Shown here in pieces: positions 1 to 12,040 of a DNA stretch of 64,000 bases; within the stretch, counting starts at the first letter, position 1, and the number at the start of each line of letters is the position of its first letter. The position numbers and the translations under genes were made by a program. Origin of the DNA: Squalus acanthias (taxonomy: Eukaryota); the NCBI GenBank assembly GCA_030390025.1, contig CM059438.1, forward strand, positions 67,768,001 through 67,832,000. The letters run 5' to 3'. The notes under the pieces were generated by a model. That model was not told the DNA's origin. It worked only from the letters and a program-made list of their open reading frames with translations, and ran no database searches.

Positions 1-167
1 CTTAAGGGCCTATCCCACCTCTTGGAGGCGGGATGGAGATGGGGTCAGAAAACACGCATGTGGGAAAATTGCTCGAAGGCGGGATCGGGCCCACCCGCCT
101 TTTTTTGCAATTTTACCACCTCACACGCCTCCAATCCCGCCTCCTCGGGCCTGGCAAAATCGAGCCC
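1..167 (-). mobile_element. Terminus of a Harbinger-type element (same family as 51675-54895), cut by the window edge
   Basis: Reverse complement aligns with 51675-51853. It ends in the TIR TGGCAAAATCGAGCCC, identical to 54880-54895. Confidence 0.85.
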
Positions 168-649
168 TCTATATCCATGGGGCATGACTGTTCTCTACAC
201 GGCTTGCTGTAAGTAACTGTTCTGCCCATCACCTACTATACATTATTTTTATTTTATTCCTTCACTTCTACTCCCAAATAATTGGATCCATTTTGAAAAA
301 TTGTCAGTAAATGCTGTGGTATGAAATAAATTCTGCAGTTCAAGTGAGGCTAATTTTTCCAAACAAAACCTATGTTGTGGCTGAATCCTATTGCACCTTT
401 TAAATGGTCAGAATCTGTTGAATTATTAACACATGACTCTCTTGCACTGGCAACAAAAAGTGAGTGAGTAGTTTTTAATTAGAACTGAAGCTTTATTCTT
501 TTCTCTCTGTTCTGAATCACTGGTCTGTCTTTTAATTCTTCTGAGTAGTGTCACAGGAAGTTGATTTTCAAGTTTTGTTCTCCACATTCCTTCTAGTATT
601 TTTATCTGATTGGCCCAATTCTTTTGCACCTAGTGCCATGTAAAAAAAA

Positions 650-1093
650 AGAAAGACTTGCATTTATATAGCGCCTTTCATGACCTCAGGATGTCCCAAA
701 GCGCTTTACAGCCAATGAAGTACTTTTTGAAATGTCGTCACTGTAGGAACCGTAGTAGCCAATTGCGCACAGCAAGCTCCCACAAACAGCAATATGATAA
801 TGATCAGATAATCTGTTTTTGTTATGTTGATTGAGGGATAAATATTGGCCAGGACACCGAGGATAACTCCCCTGCTCTTCTTTAAAATAGCACCATGGGA
901 CATTTTACGTCCACCTGAGAGAGCAGGCAGGGCCTCGGTTTAATGTCTCATCCAAAAGACAGCACCTCCAACAGCGCAGCACTCCCTCAGCAATGCACTG
1001 GAGTGTCAGCCTAGAATTTTGTGCTCAAGTCCCTGGAGTGGGACTTGAACCCACAGCCTTCTGACTCAGAGGTGAGAAGTGCTACCCACTGAG
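650..1093 (-). mobile_element. tRNA-headed Deu-domain SINE (SacSINE1-like), full length
   Basis: Minus strand shows an A/B-box head (CTCAGTGGGTAGC...GGTTCAAGTCCC), a Deu-like core (GGATGAGACATTAAACCGAGG...GTGTCCTGGCCAATATTTATCCCTCAA) and the tail GGCGCTATATAAATGCAAGTCTTT. Three more copies are in the window. Family name is from recall. Confidence 0.85.
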
Positions 1094-2047
1094 ATACTTG
1101 GGTCAGGTTAGGTGAGCTCATGACTGAACCAGAGCCCTGGAGGTGGCTGAGACATTAGTCACTGTGCATTTAGAATTATGCAACAATTCAAATGGAGTGC
1201 ATTTTTATTTACCGGAATACATTCTTCAGGCTTTGTTGAGAAAGATGATTTCATCAATCACAGTCGTATTTTACATTTTTAATGTGATTCCTTTTCAAGG
1301 TTGCAGGATCTATTTTAGAAGTGTCATTTCTATTTGTTTCATAAATTCTATAAAAGTAAACTGTGCACAGAGAGATGGAGCTGCATTTCCTTTGAAAAAA
1401 ATTAAACTGCAAAATCACCATAAAGATTTTACAACCTCTATTCGGTATTGCAAAATTGTAGTTAAAATGCCCATAATAATTTGCTCCTACAGTGCCATAA
1501 ACTGCATTAAAAAAGAGAAATCATATCAGGATAATGTATTCTTGGATTGAAAATATAATCATTGTCGGCTGAGAAGGTGAATGTGGCAAGCTTTCATTAT
1601 TTTTTAAAGAATAACATTTTATTTAGTTTTTAAGATCGAATCACATTATATGACAGCTGCTGTCTCGCCCATCATGCAAAATCAGCAACACAAAATGTGG
1701 TATAAGTGTTCTAGTGAAATGCTCGCCATACCTGTGCCTGCCCCTTTAAGTAACACAGTAATTCAGGAAAAAAAAGGTTGGCCCTCTGCTTCTCTTATGG
1801 ATGGACCTCGGATCCAGTAGCACAGCTCTGCTTTGTGAGGTGAGCAATGACGATGGTTGTTGGCGTTCAATGAGGGGCTTAAGCAGGCAATAGAACAGGA
1901 ATGTTTTGTTTTCTTGTAACTAAGCTTCAGCTACACAAAAGTGGAAAAGGAGTTGGCTTATTTTTAAAGGAGATTTGAGGCTGTGGACATTACCCTCAGT
2001 TTATGGAGGCACCCTTGAATGTGTAATGACGTCCTCGGCATTTGAAT

Positions 2048-2283
2048 ATGTGCAGGTGCAGCAAGCCATTAGGAAGGCAAATGGTATGCTGGCCTTCATT
2101 ACAAGAGGATTTGAGTACAGGAGTAAAGAAGTCTTACTCCAATTATTTAGGGCCTTGGTGAGACCACACCTGGAGTACTGTGTACAATTTTGGTCTCCTT
2201 ACCTAAGGAAGGATATACTTGCCATAGAGGGAGTGCAACGAAGGTTCATGAGATTGATTACTGGGATTGCGGGACTGTCATAT
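2048..2283 (+). mobile_element. CR1 LINE ORF2 C-terminal fragment (left part, split by the LTR)
   Basis: Encodes KANGMLAFITRGFEYRSKEV...LVRPHLEYCVQFWSP...EGVQRRF...GLSY, the typical CR1 post-RT region. The reading resumes at 3727. Confidence 0.93.
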
Positions 2284-3726
2284 TGTAATGGAATAGCCAT
2301 ATTTCAGAAAAATACACCATCCTATGAACAGAATTCTGATTTTATTAAAATATGACAAACTGGGGTTTAAAAATCTAAAATCAACGACACAGGCTGCAAA
2401 CAGAACATAGGCTTCTGAGATAAGATGAAGTGTTAACACAAAGCTGTAAACACCATACAGGCTTTTGAGATAAAAATTGGTTATTGACACTGACACAATG
2501 GCCTCATTGAAGAAGCAAAGAGTTGGTTCCAAGGAGTCTGTAGTTTGGAACCAACACAATAGCAATGCCCAAGTAAAGTGTTAAAAACTAACGCATTGAA
2601 CAGAAAAACAGAACATTAAAAAGCCATGTGCCTTTGATAAAAGTAACATCAAATGAAACAGGAAACACTATTATATATATATAACCAACTAAGATGGCTA
2701 GGAAAACAAACACCCTGTTTGAAGTGGTTTTGATTTACATATTGTAAAAGATACCTACAGAACACTTTGAAAATATGAATTCAATAGATGACAGCAAGCA
2801 ATCACATTATGTTTGTGTTGAACTTGGAACACATAGGAGTCACGACGTCTGCTAATAACCAGTTAAGCCAATATTAAGAATTGAATTGAAGACCTTCGAA
2901 AGAATGGCATCAAAGAGATAAATCTGTTGTAGCCATTTTATGCTAAGTTTTTGAAACACCTATACAGCAGACAGGATTCTGAAAGTTAACAGCTAAATTG
3001 ACAGTAAGAACAGAAAAGAATTCAATAGAGGTATGGCTAGAGATAATTAGCTTACATCAGCAGAAAACTTCAAAGGATATGCCACTACAAAAGCGTATAA
3101 AAATAGAGCTTTTCAAATGAGAAAACAGAAGTCGCTGGAAGGGGCAGAGCGATTCTCGCCTTCAGAACCACTCTGTAGGCCTACAACTCTTTGAGTCTCG
3201 GGTAATCAAGGTATTTGATTTTGATGGATATTCTGGATTAAGAAATAAGTAGAAGTGTGGAAATGTAACAAAGTTAAGATTTGAGAATAAGGATCTCTGA
3301 TAAGAAATGTAAGCTATTTGTATTTTTAAAGTTGCGATTGAAATCAAAAGCTGTTAACTACATGTCGGTTCTTTAATAAATCTATATATTTTTAGAATTA
3401 TCTCACAGAGTAATTTTGTATCAACCTCGCAAACTCAATTTCTGTACACTCTTTTGTAAGGAGTTGCAGAATTCTGGGGGGGTTTTCCGGACCCTCAAAA
3501 TATCCAGAAGGTTACAGTCTAGTTAAACTTATTAAAAGTGCTATCCGGAGGACGGTAACATCTTCAGGCCATTCCTTTCCTTTAGGGAGAGATAGTCTGA
3601 ACCTTTAGACCCAATTAAGCATCTCTAGGATTCGGCTACCGCTAACTTTAGTTGAGGTGAACGTCTGGGGAATACGCCTGATCTGGGGTAGCCCGAAAAG
3701 GGCTAGGACTTGTAATTATCCCTTCA
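2284..3726 (+). mobile_element. Solo LTR (1443 bp) of an ERV or Gypsy-type LTR retroelement
   Basis: TGTAA...TTCA ends exactly interrupt the CR1 reading GLSY|(Y)EKRL. 4-bp TSD ATAT/GTAT, where the mismatch fits CpG decay. TATAAAA at 3096 and AATAAA at 3375 are in U3-R-U5 order. Confidence 0.75.
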
Positions 3727-4163
3727 GTATGAGAAGAGATTGAGTAAACTAGGCCTGTATTCTCTTGAATTCAGAAGAATGAGAGGAGATCTCATTGAGG
3801 CATACAATATTATTACAGGGCTTGATAGGGTAGATGCTGGGAAAATGTTTCCCTTGGCTGGGGAGTGTAGAACCAGGGGCCACAGCCTCAGGATAAAGAG
3901 TAGGCCATTCAGGACTGAGATGAAAAGAAATGTCTTCACACAGAGGGTGGTGAATCTTTGGAATTCTCTACCCCAGAGGGCTGTGGAGGCTCAGTCATTG
4001 GGTATATTCAAAACAGAAGTTGATAGATTTCTGACTAGTAAGGGCATCAAGGGATATGATGATAGGGAGTTGAGGCAGAAGATCAGCCATGATCTTATTG
4101 AATGGCGGAGCAGGCTTGAAGGGCCGAATGGCCTACTCCTACTCCTATTTCTTATGTTCTTAT
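3727..4163 (+). mobile_element. CR1 LINE 3' end (right part of the split copy)
   Basis: Encodes YEKRLSKLGLYSLEFRRMRGDLIE...RTRGHS...FTQRVVNLWNSLP, followed by the 3' UTR GGGCCGAATGGCCT and a TTCTTATG tail. Confidence 0.95.
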
Positions 4164-4849
4164 ATTACAGCACGCTCCTTGTGATTTCTATAAAACCCTC
4201 AAGCCAATATCTTCCAGGTGTAGTTTTCAGTTGCAGATCGATATTTATATCACCTATTTCATTGCCCCTCTATTGTTCTGTGCCTCTCAATAGTGATCAG
4301 CAACAGTTTGGTTGAACAATGGTCTCTTAGCGGAAGAAAGTTCAGCTTTTCAAATCACCACAGGTTCCTGACATAAATCACTGTTTTCAAGCTTGCTGCT
4401 CTGTGCACTGTCCCAGTTTTCTTGTGCATCCTTTATGTAATGTACTATTTATCCCAAATATCTCTCCTGTTTAGTGCATTCCCCTGTGTGTAATGTTCAA
4501 GTGTATACCATTCAGTAACTAGCTCCGCAGTTATCAAGAACACTCTTCATTTTGCATTTTGGCTGTGACTAATACTCGACTTCAACCCAGCTGCAAAACT
4601 CCAAGCTGTAAGGAATCCTTCGAACATTACCAAAATTGTTTTCAATATTATTGTGCCATTATAATGAATTGTTTATTAAATTGTATGAACACAGATAATT
4701 CAGATATGTTTGGTAACTGCATGATGTGTTATTAATTTACTGGGTCACACATTTCTCCACCATTCTCACAACATGCACTAAACCGAACACCATGACAAAG
4801 AAGAGGTGTTTTGATGGATTTTAGCAAAGAACTAAAAATATCAAGAAAA

Positions 4850-5157
4850 AGCAGAGATTTTCAGCAGTTACGTTGAACTCATGAATTTCAATCCAATCAC
4901 TTAAGCCATTATATTTCAGTCGAAGTGGCGCCAGCAAGAAAATGAGCGTAAATCCAGGAATTTTGCAATCGCTTTTGACTTGACCAGGGGTTGAGGGGGG
5001 CGCGGGGGAGAAATGATGATCAATTATGCACGGTTTCAGCGAGGGTATTGGCAGAGTGGCACAAAAGTCATTTACGTCGTTATTTCCTGGGACCTTTTGC
5101 GCTGGAAAACGAACCCAATGTCGTAGATGCACCAAAGTCTGCAGGAAATTCTGGGCC
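4850..5157. mobile_element. Old Harbinger-like MITE remnant
   Basis: Right end GCAGGAAATTCTGGGCC resembles the other MITE TIRs. The left end (GCAGAGATTTTCAGC) is degenerate. Confidence 0.35.
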
Positions 5158-6059
5158 ATTTTGTATTTGCTGACTGTGACTTGTGATGCTGTGATGGAAC
5201 AAAGGATTGAAAGTACAATTGTCAAGCACAATGCCACATCCAGAGTCATACATAGAGCAAATCCCAGCCACAACATTATTTTTACTCATAAATTTTCACT
5301 TCAACCAGTATAAATTTCCCACCTCATATATACGAGTATATATTTGGTACTTGTTTCAAATGACAGTTTAGAGTGAATGCCATATAATCTGAAGTTATAC
5401 GTCTTAAAACAGAAGTATGTGACCAGACTTGCCAAATTAGACTGCTTTGTACAAAAACAGGTAATGGATTTTGCCTGCAGCAATTCACATATATTTTTTA
5501 AACTGCTTAAAATGATTAACTGGCTTCTGAGAATGTTCATTGTGTACTGTGTACAACCTCACCAAATGTCAGACAAATGTATCTTGACAAGCAGCACATG
5601 GGTTTGAAGTACATGCATCAGACTCCAACCTTGCAAATCTATCTATCTGTAATAATATTAAGTCTTGAATTTGCACACACTTACACTTCCGCTGTCTCAC
5701 TTACTACAGGACCTTTCTAGTCACATCGATTTTTCAGTACATTTTCTTTCATTCTATTTTCATCATATTTTCTTGTTCCACTTTTCTGTTCTTCCAATGT
5801 ATTCTTGTTGAAGTTATTTACTTACTAAGTCCTCCATAATTCATCTTCAGGTAAGTCTCATTGTAGAATAAGGCACTTATGGCCTCCAGTCAATTTGTTT
5901 TACTTACTTTAAAAAGATTTTAAAATCAATAAGTACTCTTTTTTTAATGGTGTTGATAGCATCTGTTGTGCTCTAGTTCCGTACAGCAGCGCTTGACAAG
6001 AGCCCAGATCTCCATTTGTCTCATCTTCCCAGCCACCCCTATCTCTCCTCCTGCTCCTG

Positions 6060-6894
6060 GGGGGTGATTTTGTCAATGGGGAGCTTTTGGAGGCGGGACT
6101 CCCACTTGTCGGGTTTCAGTCCCGCCTCCAACAACTTCTGGCCAACCCACGCTATTTTCCCTTGATTGACCTTGTTAAGCCCGCCCAGCGGGCTTAGCAG
6201 GCCAATTAAGGGAAAGCCGGTTGCAGAGAACGTCAATGTATGACGTTTCATCTGTCAAAAATTTTTGACAGATGATTTGTCATCATTTGACAGCTCTGTG
6301 AAGCTGTCAAACAGTGACATTCTCTGTAGTTTGATGAGGTCTTGAATTCAAGACCTCATCAAACTTCTTTCTTTTGCAGAAATGAGATGGTTGTTGCACC
6401 GGAGAATGCAACGGCCATCTGTCATCTCTAACACGGAGGTCCGAGACTCTCCGCATACCCACCGACTGAAGCCTGCAGGAAGAAACAAAGGTAAGTACAC
6501 TTTTACTAACACTTTGCACTTACCTCAGATACTCACCTCTCCACTCTTGCACCCATCACTTACCTTCACTGCACACTTGTGCACCCCCCCCAACCCCCGC
6601 AGACCCACTACTCGCCTTGCTGACCTGGTAGGTTTCGGAGCCTTCTGGAAGCCCGCACTTGTGAGGGCAAAAAGGGGATAATCCTATTTTCTGCCTGTTA
6701 ACTCCCTGTTAACAGGCAGTTAATAGGCTTTAATCCCTTCCCACCTCCAAGGAGATGGGACCCGGTGCGTGACGGCTACCCGCCTCCCGGGAAGATGGCA
6801 TGGAGGCGGGTTGGGCACCCGCCCCCAAATTATGCCATTTTCCCAGCAGTCCCACCTCCATACCAGCCTCCCTAGGGCTGGCAAGATCGCGCCC
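6060..6894 (+). mobile_element. Non-autonomous Harbinger element/MITE, family A
   Basis: TIRs GGGGGTGATTTTGTCA / TGGCAAGATCGCGCCC; 3-bp TSD CTG (6057-59, 6895-97). Collinear second copy at 50362-51178. Confidence 0.88.
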
Positions 6895-8116
6895 CTGGTG
6901 TTGCCACAACCCTGCCAACATGCCCACTGCTCCCCAGCACTAGCTGCCTCCCCATCTGGTGGGTAGCTGCCACCAGTCCGCAAGTTCAGGACGTTAGACC
7001 GAAATAAGAGGGACACCAGCATTGAAGGGAAAGAGGAACTCGGGGAAACCTGGACTCCAGATACAGATGGGCAGAGGACCCCAGGGGGAGCAGTGATACC
7101 CAGTGTTGATCTTCCCCAGTGTGGCAGCCATCAAAACCTTAACCCACAGTCAGTGCTGCCAAATCCCAGGATCCAGCAGTGAACCATGCCTTTCATTCCA
7201 ATCTCCAGGATATCCTGGACTTTTTCCACAGTTTTCTCCTCCTTGTTCTTCACTGAGTGTGTCCATGACCATCTGCCAAGATCAGGAACAATAAACGCCA
7301 GTTAGCCATTTACCTGAGCTCCTGCTCATTACTCATCGGTGCAGAACGCTGGTAATCCAAACTGTTGTCATATTTCTTCCTGCATTGTATCATGTAATAA
7401 GGTGTTTGTTTTTGAAATCTTTTAATACTTAATGATATAGTGCACTAAGCCATTATCACAGACAGTCACATTGCAGATCAGTAACACAGTTTAGCCGACT
7501 GCAAATCACCATTGTTTCTCAGACTTATTCTCAGCAACAAATAGAGGGTTCAACATGGGATTTACTGCCCATGTTGACTTTTTTAAGGTTCAAGGTATGA
7601 ATTCAATGCAGTTTGCAATTTTTATTTTTACTTACTGCAAGAGTTTTCTACAGTTGGAATTAAAGATGTGCACAAATCCTTTTGTCCTATGCTTTTCTTT
7701 ATTGACCCTGATGATTTTTCATTTACATTTCATGTACAAGTCGGCTATGATCTGAAAGGAGGGAGTACCACCTGATATCTGGTTTCTGAAGCCATCTGTA
7801 CTGCATTGACTCTCTCACACTGAGGTATTACTTCATTCACACATTCGTTTATTATCTGATCACCATTTATACTGAGAAATTATTTGTAATAATCAATTTT
7901 CACTGACCTTTTTAGATACAAATGTAGTGATATAAGAATATTGGCAAGATTTATGTTAGCACTAAGTTTTTTGCTTTTATTTAATGTTATGTCAACTTAT
8001 TGCTATAATTAATTGCAATGAAAAATACATAACCCATTCAGAATATATCAAACAGAATGCAGTTTTCACACTTCTTTAGAGTCGGTCTGAATTCCTCTTG
8101 GGATGAAAGTTGTTGA

Positions 8117-8515
8117 ATAAGAACATAAGAACATAAGAAATAGGAGCAGGAGTAGACCAATCGGCCCCTCGAGCCTGCTCCGCCATTCAATGAGATCATG
8201 GCTGATCTGATCCAACCTCAACTCTAAAGAACACAAGAAGTAGGAGCAGGACCAGGCCACTCGGCCCCTGGGCCCGCTCCGCCACCCACAGGGCCTTGAC
8301 CGATCCGAACTCAAACTCATGTCCAATTTCCAGCCCGCTCCCCGTAACCCCTGATTCCCTTTACTTCTAGGAAACGGTCTATTTCTGTTTTAAATTTATT
8401 TAATGAAGTAGCTTCCACAGCTTCCTGGGGTAGCAAATTCCACAGACCAACTACCCTCTGAGTGAAAAAGTTTCTCCTCATCTCAGTTTTGAAAGAGGAG
8501 CCCCTTATTCTAAGG
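8117..8515 (-). mobile_element. CR1 3' fragment with a tandemly doubled 3' UTR/tail
   Basis: Encodes LRIRGSSFKTEMRRNFFTQRVVGLWNLLP, followed by two successive 3'-end modules (8227-8320 and 8117-8226) and a (TTCTTATG)n tail. Confidence 0.92.
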
Positions 8516-8568
8516 CACTGCATCCAATAAAGTTCAGCAGTGCGCTCACATATTTCAACCCAAATATT

Positions 8569-9250
8569 GGACCTGAATTTGAGGTCGGAGGCTTCCCACG
8601 GGGAAATGCTTCCGATCCGCAAAGAAGATCCGCGCCTACCCGGGGCCTCGGGACCCACGGTGACTCGCGGTCCTGGGCCTCTCCGGGTATGCGCGGTTAG
8701 AGGCCCACGTACCCAGGGGGCGCAGCCGGGTTCGCGAGCGCCCCTCGGATCATGTGGGCCGGCCCAACGAATGAAAGAAGGGGGATCCCCATTCATGTTA
8801 ATGGAGATTCCGTACATACAGAAACCCCATAAGCATGAGTGGGAATACCCCAAAAAATACATATACACACCAAATAAATTAAAAAAAAATTAAGTAAAAT
8901 GCCATTTAATTAAATATTTAAAACAAGTTTAATTTTTTGAAAAATAAATTTAAATGTTTTATAGGGGCTAAAGATAAACTTGCCTTATTTCACAAGTATT
9001 TTAATGTTTAAATGATTGAAAAATAATTATTTTTATGTTCATTTAAAATCTTACGCTGGTGAAAGCAAGCCTTATGCCTGCTTTTACCAGGCATAAGAAT
9101 TTCACGGGGATTCACGGGGATGCGGATGATCTGTCAAGAAGATTCTTGACAGAGCGCAAGTTCCGTGTTTTCGCGCATGCACGTCACGTCGAAAACTAAC
9201 ACGGCCCTTATGGCCGTGTACGCACCCGTAGGGGCCGCAAAATACGGGCC
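8569..9250 (+). mobile_element. Harbinger-like MITE, family B
   Basis: Imperfect 16-bp TIRs GGACCTGAATTTGAGG / CCGCAAAATACGGGCC, GC-rich arms around an AT-rich core. Homologous to 9674-10354 and 11091-11294. Confidence 0.8.
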
Positions 9251-9384
9251 AATATGTTGGAAAATTAAACTATCAGAAAATTCTTCAAAACGGAGAGTTT
9301 TCTGCTCGAAGAATCTGGAAATATCCTAAACCTGTAAGCTGGGTACATGTGTTTTTCCAGGCCAACTTCTTAAGGAAAGTTAAG

Positions 9385-9569
9385 AAGGTAGAAATTTAGC
9401 TTGGGCAGTATTGCAACAATGGGGCGGAATCGCATTGGCCGCCTGTTACATGCCTCACCCAATGATCAGTTCTATTGACTTCAGTGGACCTGAATATCTA
9501 GCGGAGAGTATAGACAACTTATGTATTACCACCTGTTTTGCACTACCAACCAAAATGAATTTCTACCCC
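9385..9569. mobile_element. Small palindromic MITE (185 bp)
   Basis: TIRs AAGGTAGAAATTTA / TGAATTTCTACCCC, AAG on both sides (3-bp TSD), central ATTGACTTCAGTGG. A related remnant lies at about 13145-13245. Confidence 0.65.
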
Positions 9570-9673
9570 AAGAGGTGCTTTTTTTACACTCATAAGTTGC
9601 TCCAGAGGTTAGACTGACAGAAGAAAGTTTTTTCGAAAAAAAAATTAAAATTGAAAGCAACAGTTAAAATTAT

Positions 9674-10354
9674 GGCCCGTATTTTCCGATCGCAGGTCTC
9701 CTGAGGGCGGAGGCCTGCGATCTGGAAAAATCTGCGCCCTTACCTGAGGGCTCCCGGGACGCACACACTTCCGATGCTGGGCCTCACCAAACTGCCAGTG
9801 CGCAGGGCCCACGTATCCCAGAGGCGCATGTAGTTCGCAGCGTCCCTGGGATCACGTGGGCGATGGGGAGCCAATCACAGATGGAAATCTCCCTTCATAC
9901 ACTTGACAGGAAGACCTGTCAAATATATGAATGGAGATCAATGAAAAAACATAGTAAAACTTTAAATACATTTTAAACAAAAATAAAAAATTTTGAAAAA
10001 ATTAATTAAAGTTTTTTACGCGGCTAAAAATAAACTTACCTTTTTTTAAAGTATTTTTAAATGATAAATCAGTGAAAAAATTTATTTTTACTTTTTTCAA
10101 CTCTTATCCTGATAAAAGCAGGCCTTAAGACTGCTTTTACCAGGCGCAAGAATTGTAAGTGTTTTCTGCGGGCGGAGGGTCTCCAAAAAGCGGAACTCTC
10201 CGCCCGCAGAGGCCCTTCTCCAGGGCAGCTGGAGGATCTGTCAAGAGCATTCTTGACAGATCGGAAATGCCGGTTTTCAGCGCATGCGCTGTGCATGCCT
10301 GAAACCAGCATTTCTGATGTCCCTACGGGTGGGTACACAGCGAGTATCCGGCCC
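9674..10354 (+). mobile_element. Harbinger-like MITE, family B
   Basis: Ends GGCCCGTATTTTCCG / GCGAGTATCCGGCCC. Shares internal blocks (CCCACGTATCCCAG, GATCTGTCAAGA..TTCTTGACAGA, GCGCATGC) with 8569-9250. Confidence 0.8.
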
Positions 10355-11090
10355 AATATAACTTAGGGAACAGGATTAGATGCATTCCAATATTAAAATA
10401 AACCATCAAGTTCATCTGACTTTTTTTGTACTGGGAGTAATTTACAATAGATGTTAGACAAATATTTGAAGGATTGCTCATTGTATGTGAACCCTAGACT
10501 TATGCAACTCCTAATGACAAAGCATGTCAGTTCCTTTGTAAACCAGGTGAGCCATGTTCTGAGGACACAGCTCATCTTTCTCGAGGTGCAGGATGAAGGA
10601 TCAAGAGCTTCCTTGTCAGTTATAAGCTATCATTTATATTTTCTAATTTTTAAACCAGTGATGGTTTCAGTAAAAAACCTGGGGAAAATGGACACTTGCT
10701 GAATAGTGTTCAAACTATTGGCTGAGCAAGAAGCCTGTTTGTACCACATATGTTGAGTGGACATCAGAAATAGATCACTGATTTATGGATTCTGAAAACA
10801 CAGCTGATTTATGCATCTGTAATCTGAAAAAATATACCACTCATACCTCACTTGTCTGATTCACTTGAGAATGATTTAGTTTGATATCAATCAGACATGA
10901 ACTATTAGATACTCCACTTCTCTCTGTTTTTGATTGAAGCCCTTGCAAAACTTTCAAATGTCCATTTCTATTTTTATCAATTTTGCAGTTCAAACAAAAA
11001 GAGAACAGCAAATATTATCCGCGACCCTTTCATTCGTGTGCCTGTAGGCATGGACTAGATGTGTGCCTGAACAATTATCTCCAATGCAAT

Positions 11091-11294
11091 GGCCCTGAAT
11101 TTGCGGTTGGCGGCTTCCGGCAGGGAAATGCCTCCGATCCGCAAATAAAATGTCCGCGTACCTGGTGGTCTTGGCAGATCGTAAGTTCCGGGTTTTTGCG
11201 CATGTGCAGCGCATGCCTAAACCCGGAACTTGCACGGCCCTTACGGGCGCGTCCGCACCTCGTACGCACCCACAAGGGCCGCAAATTACGGCCC
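11091..11294 (+). mobile_element. Family B MITE, internally deleted (204 bp)
   Basis: TIRs GGCCCTGAATTTGCGG / CCGCAAATTACGGCCC. The two ends of family B are joined at about 11168. Confidence 0.82.
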
Positions 11295-11663
11295 ATTATC
11301 TCAACAGAGCTGTGTGAAAATAAGAAGATGCTGTTAAATTTGATGGATTTATGACCGTATAGATCCGTGATAAGTAATTCAATGCCTTGCAGATGTGTTA
11401 CAAATTCTTGGACCTATCTCTGTCTCACAGCCTTGATATTGCTCCCCAGGTGCATGCTAAATTGGTTAAATGTACACTGTTGCTTTACTATGTGTGCTTT
11501 GGAATTGCTTTAGCAGGTGAGATAATTGGTAATCTTTTAGGGTAGAGTCATTTCTGTTTTCACAATGTTGTTTGATCCTTTTTTGTTAATTGAAGCCCTA
11601 GGTGGCAGTTTCCGACCAATCACCATGGAGTGTAATGTGCGGTCAGCAGTCATATTGGGCCTG

Positions 11664-12040
11664 GGCTCAGTGAGTAGCACTGGAGCATCTGAGTCAGATG
11701 GTTGCGGGGTTCAAGTCCCACTCCAGAGACTTGAGCACAAAATCTAGGCAGAAACTCCAGTGCAGTACTGAGGGAGTGCTGCACTATCAGAGATGCCACC
11801 TTTTGGATGAGACATTAAACCAAGGCCCCATCTGCCCTCTCAAGTGGACGTTAAATATCCCAAGGCAACTATCTGGGAGCTTGCTGTGTGCAGATTGGCT
11901 GCTGTGTTTCCTACAGTAAAATAGTGACTACACTTCAAAAGTACTTAATTGGCTGTAAAGCACTTTGGGATGTCCTGAGGTTGTGAAAAGCGCTATATAA
12001 ATGCAAGTCTGTCTTTCCTTCTTTCTTCCTTTCTTTCTTT
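11664..12040 (+). mobile_element. Deu-domain SINE copy with internal deletion
   Basis: Head GGCTCAGTGAGTAGC...GGTTCAAGTCCC. Part of the core is missing at about 11872. Tail GCTATATAAATGCAAGTC followed by (TTTC)n. Confidence 0.88.

Noticed and set aside
1030..1093. tRNA gene
   Set aside because: The A/B boxes belong to the SINE head and run directly into the SINE body.
3677..3710. Hammerhead-like CTGATCT-GGGGTAGCCC-GAAA at the LTR 3' end
   Set aside because: The core would need CUGANGA and two invariant positions differ. An alternative hairpin TAGCCC-GAAAA-GGGCTA explains the sequence.
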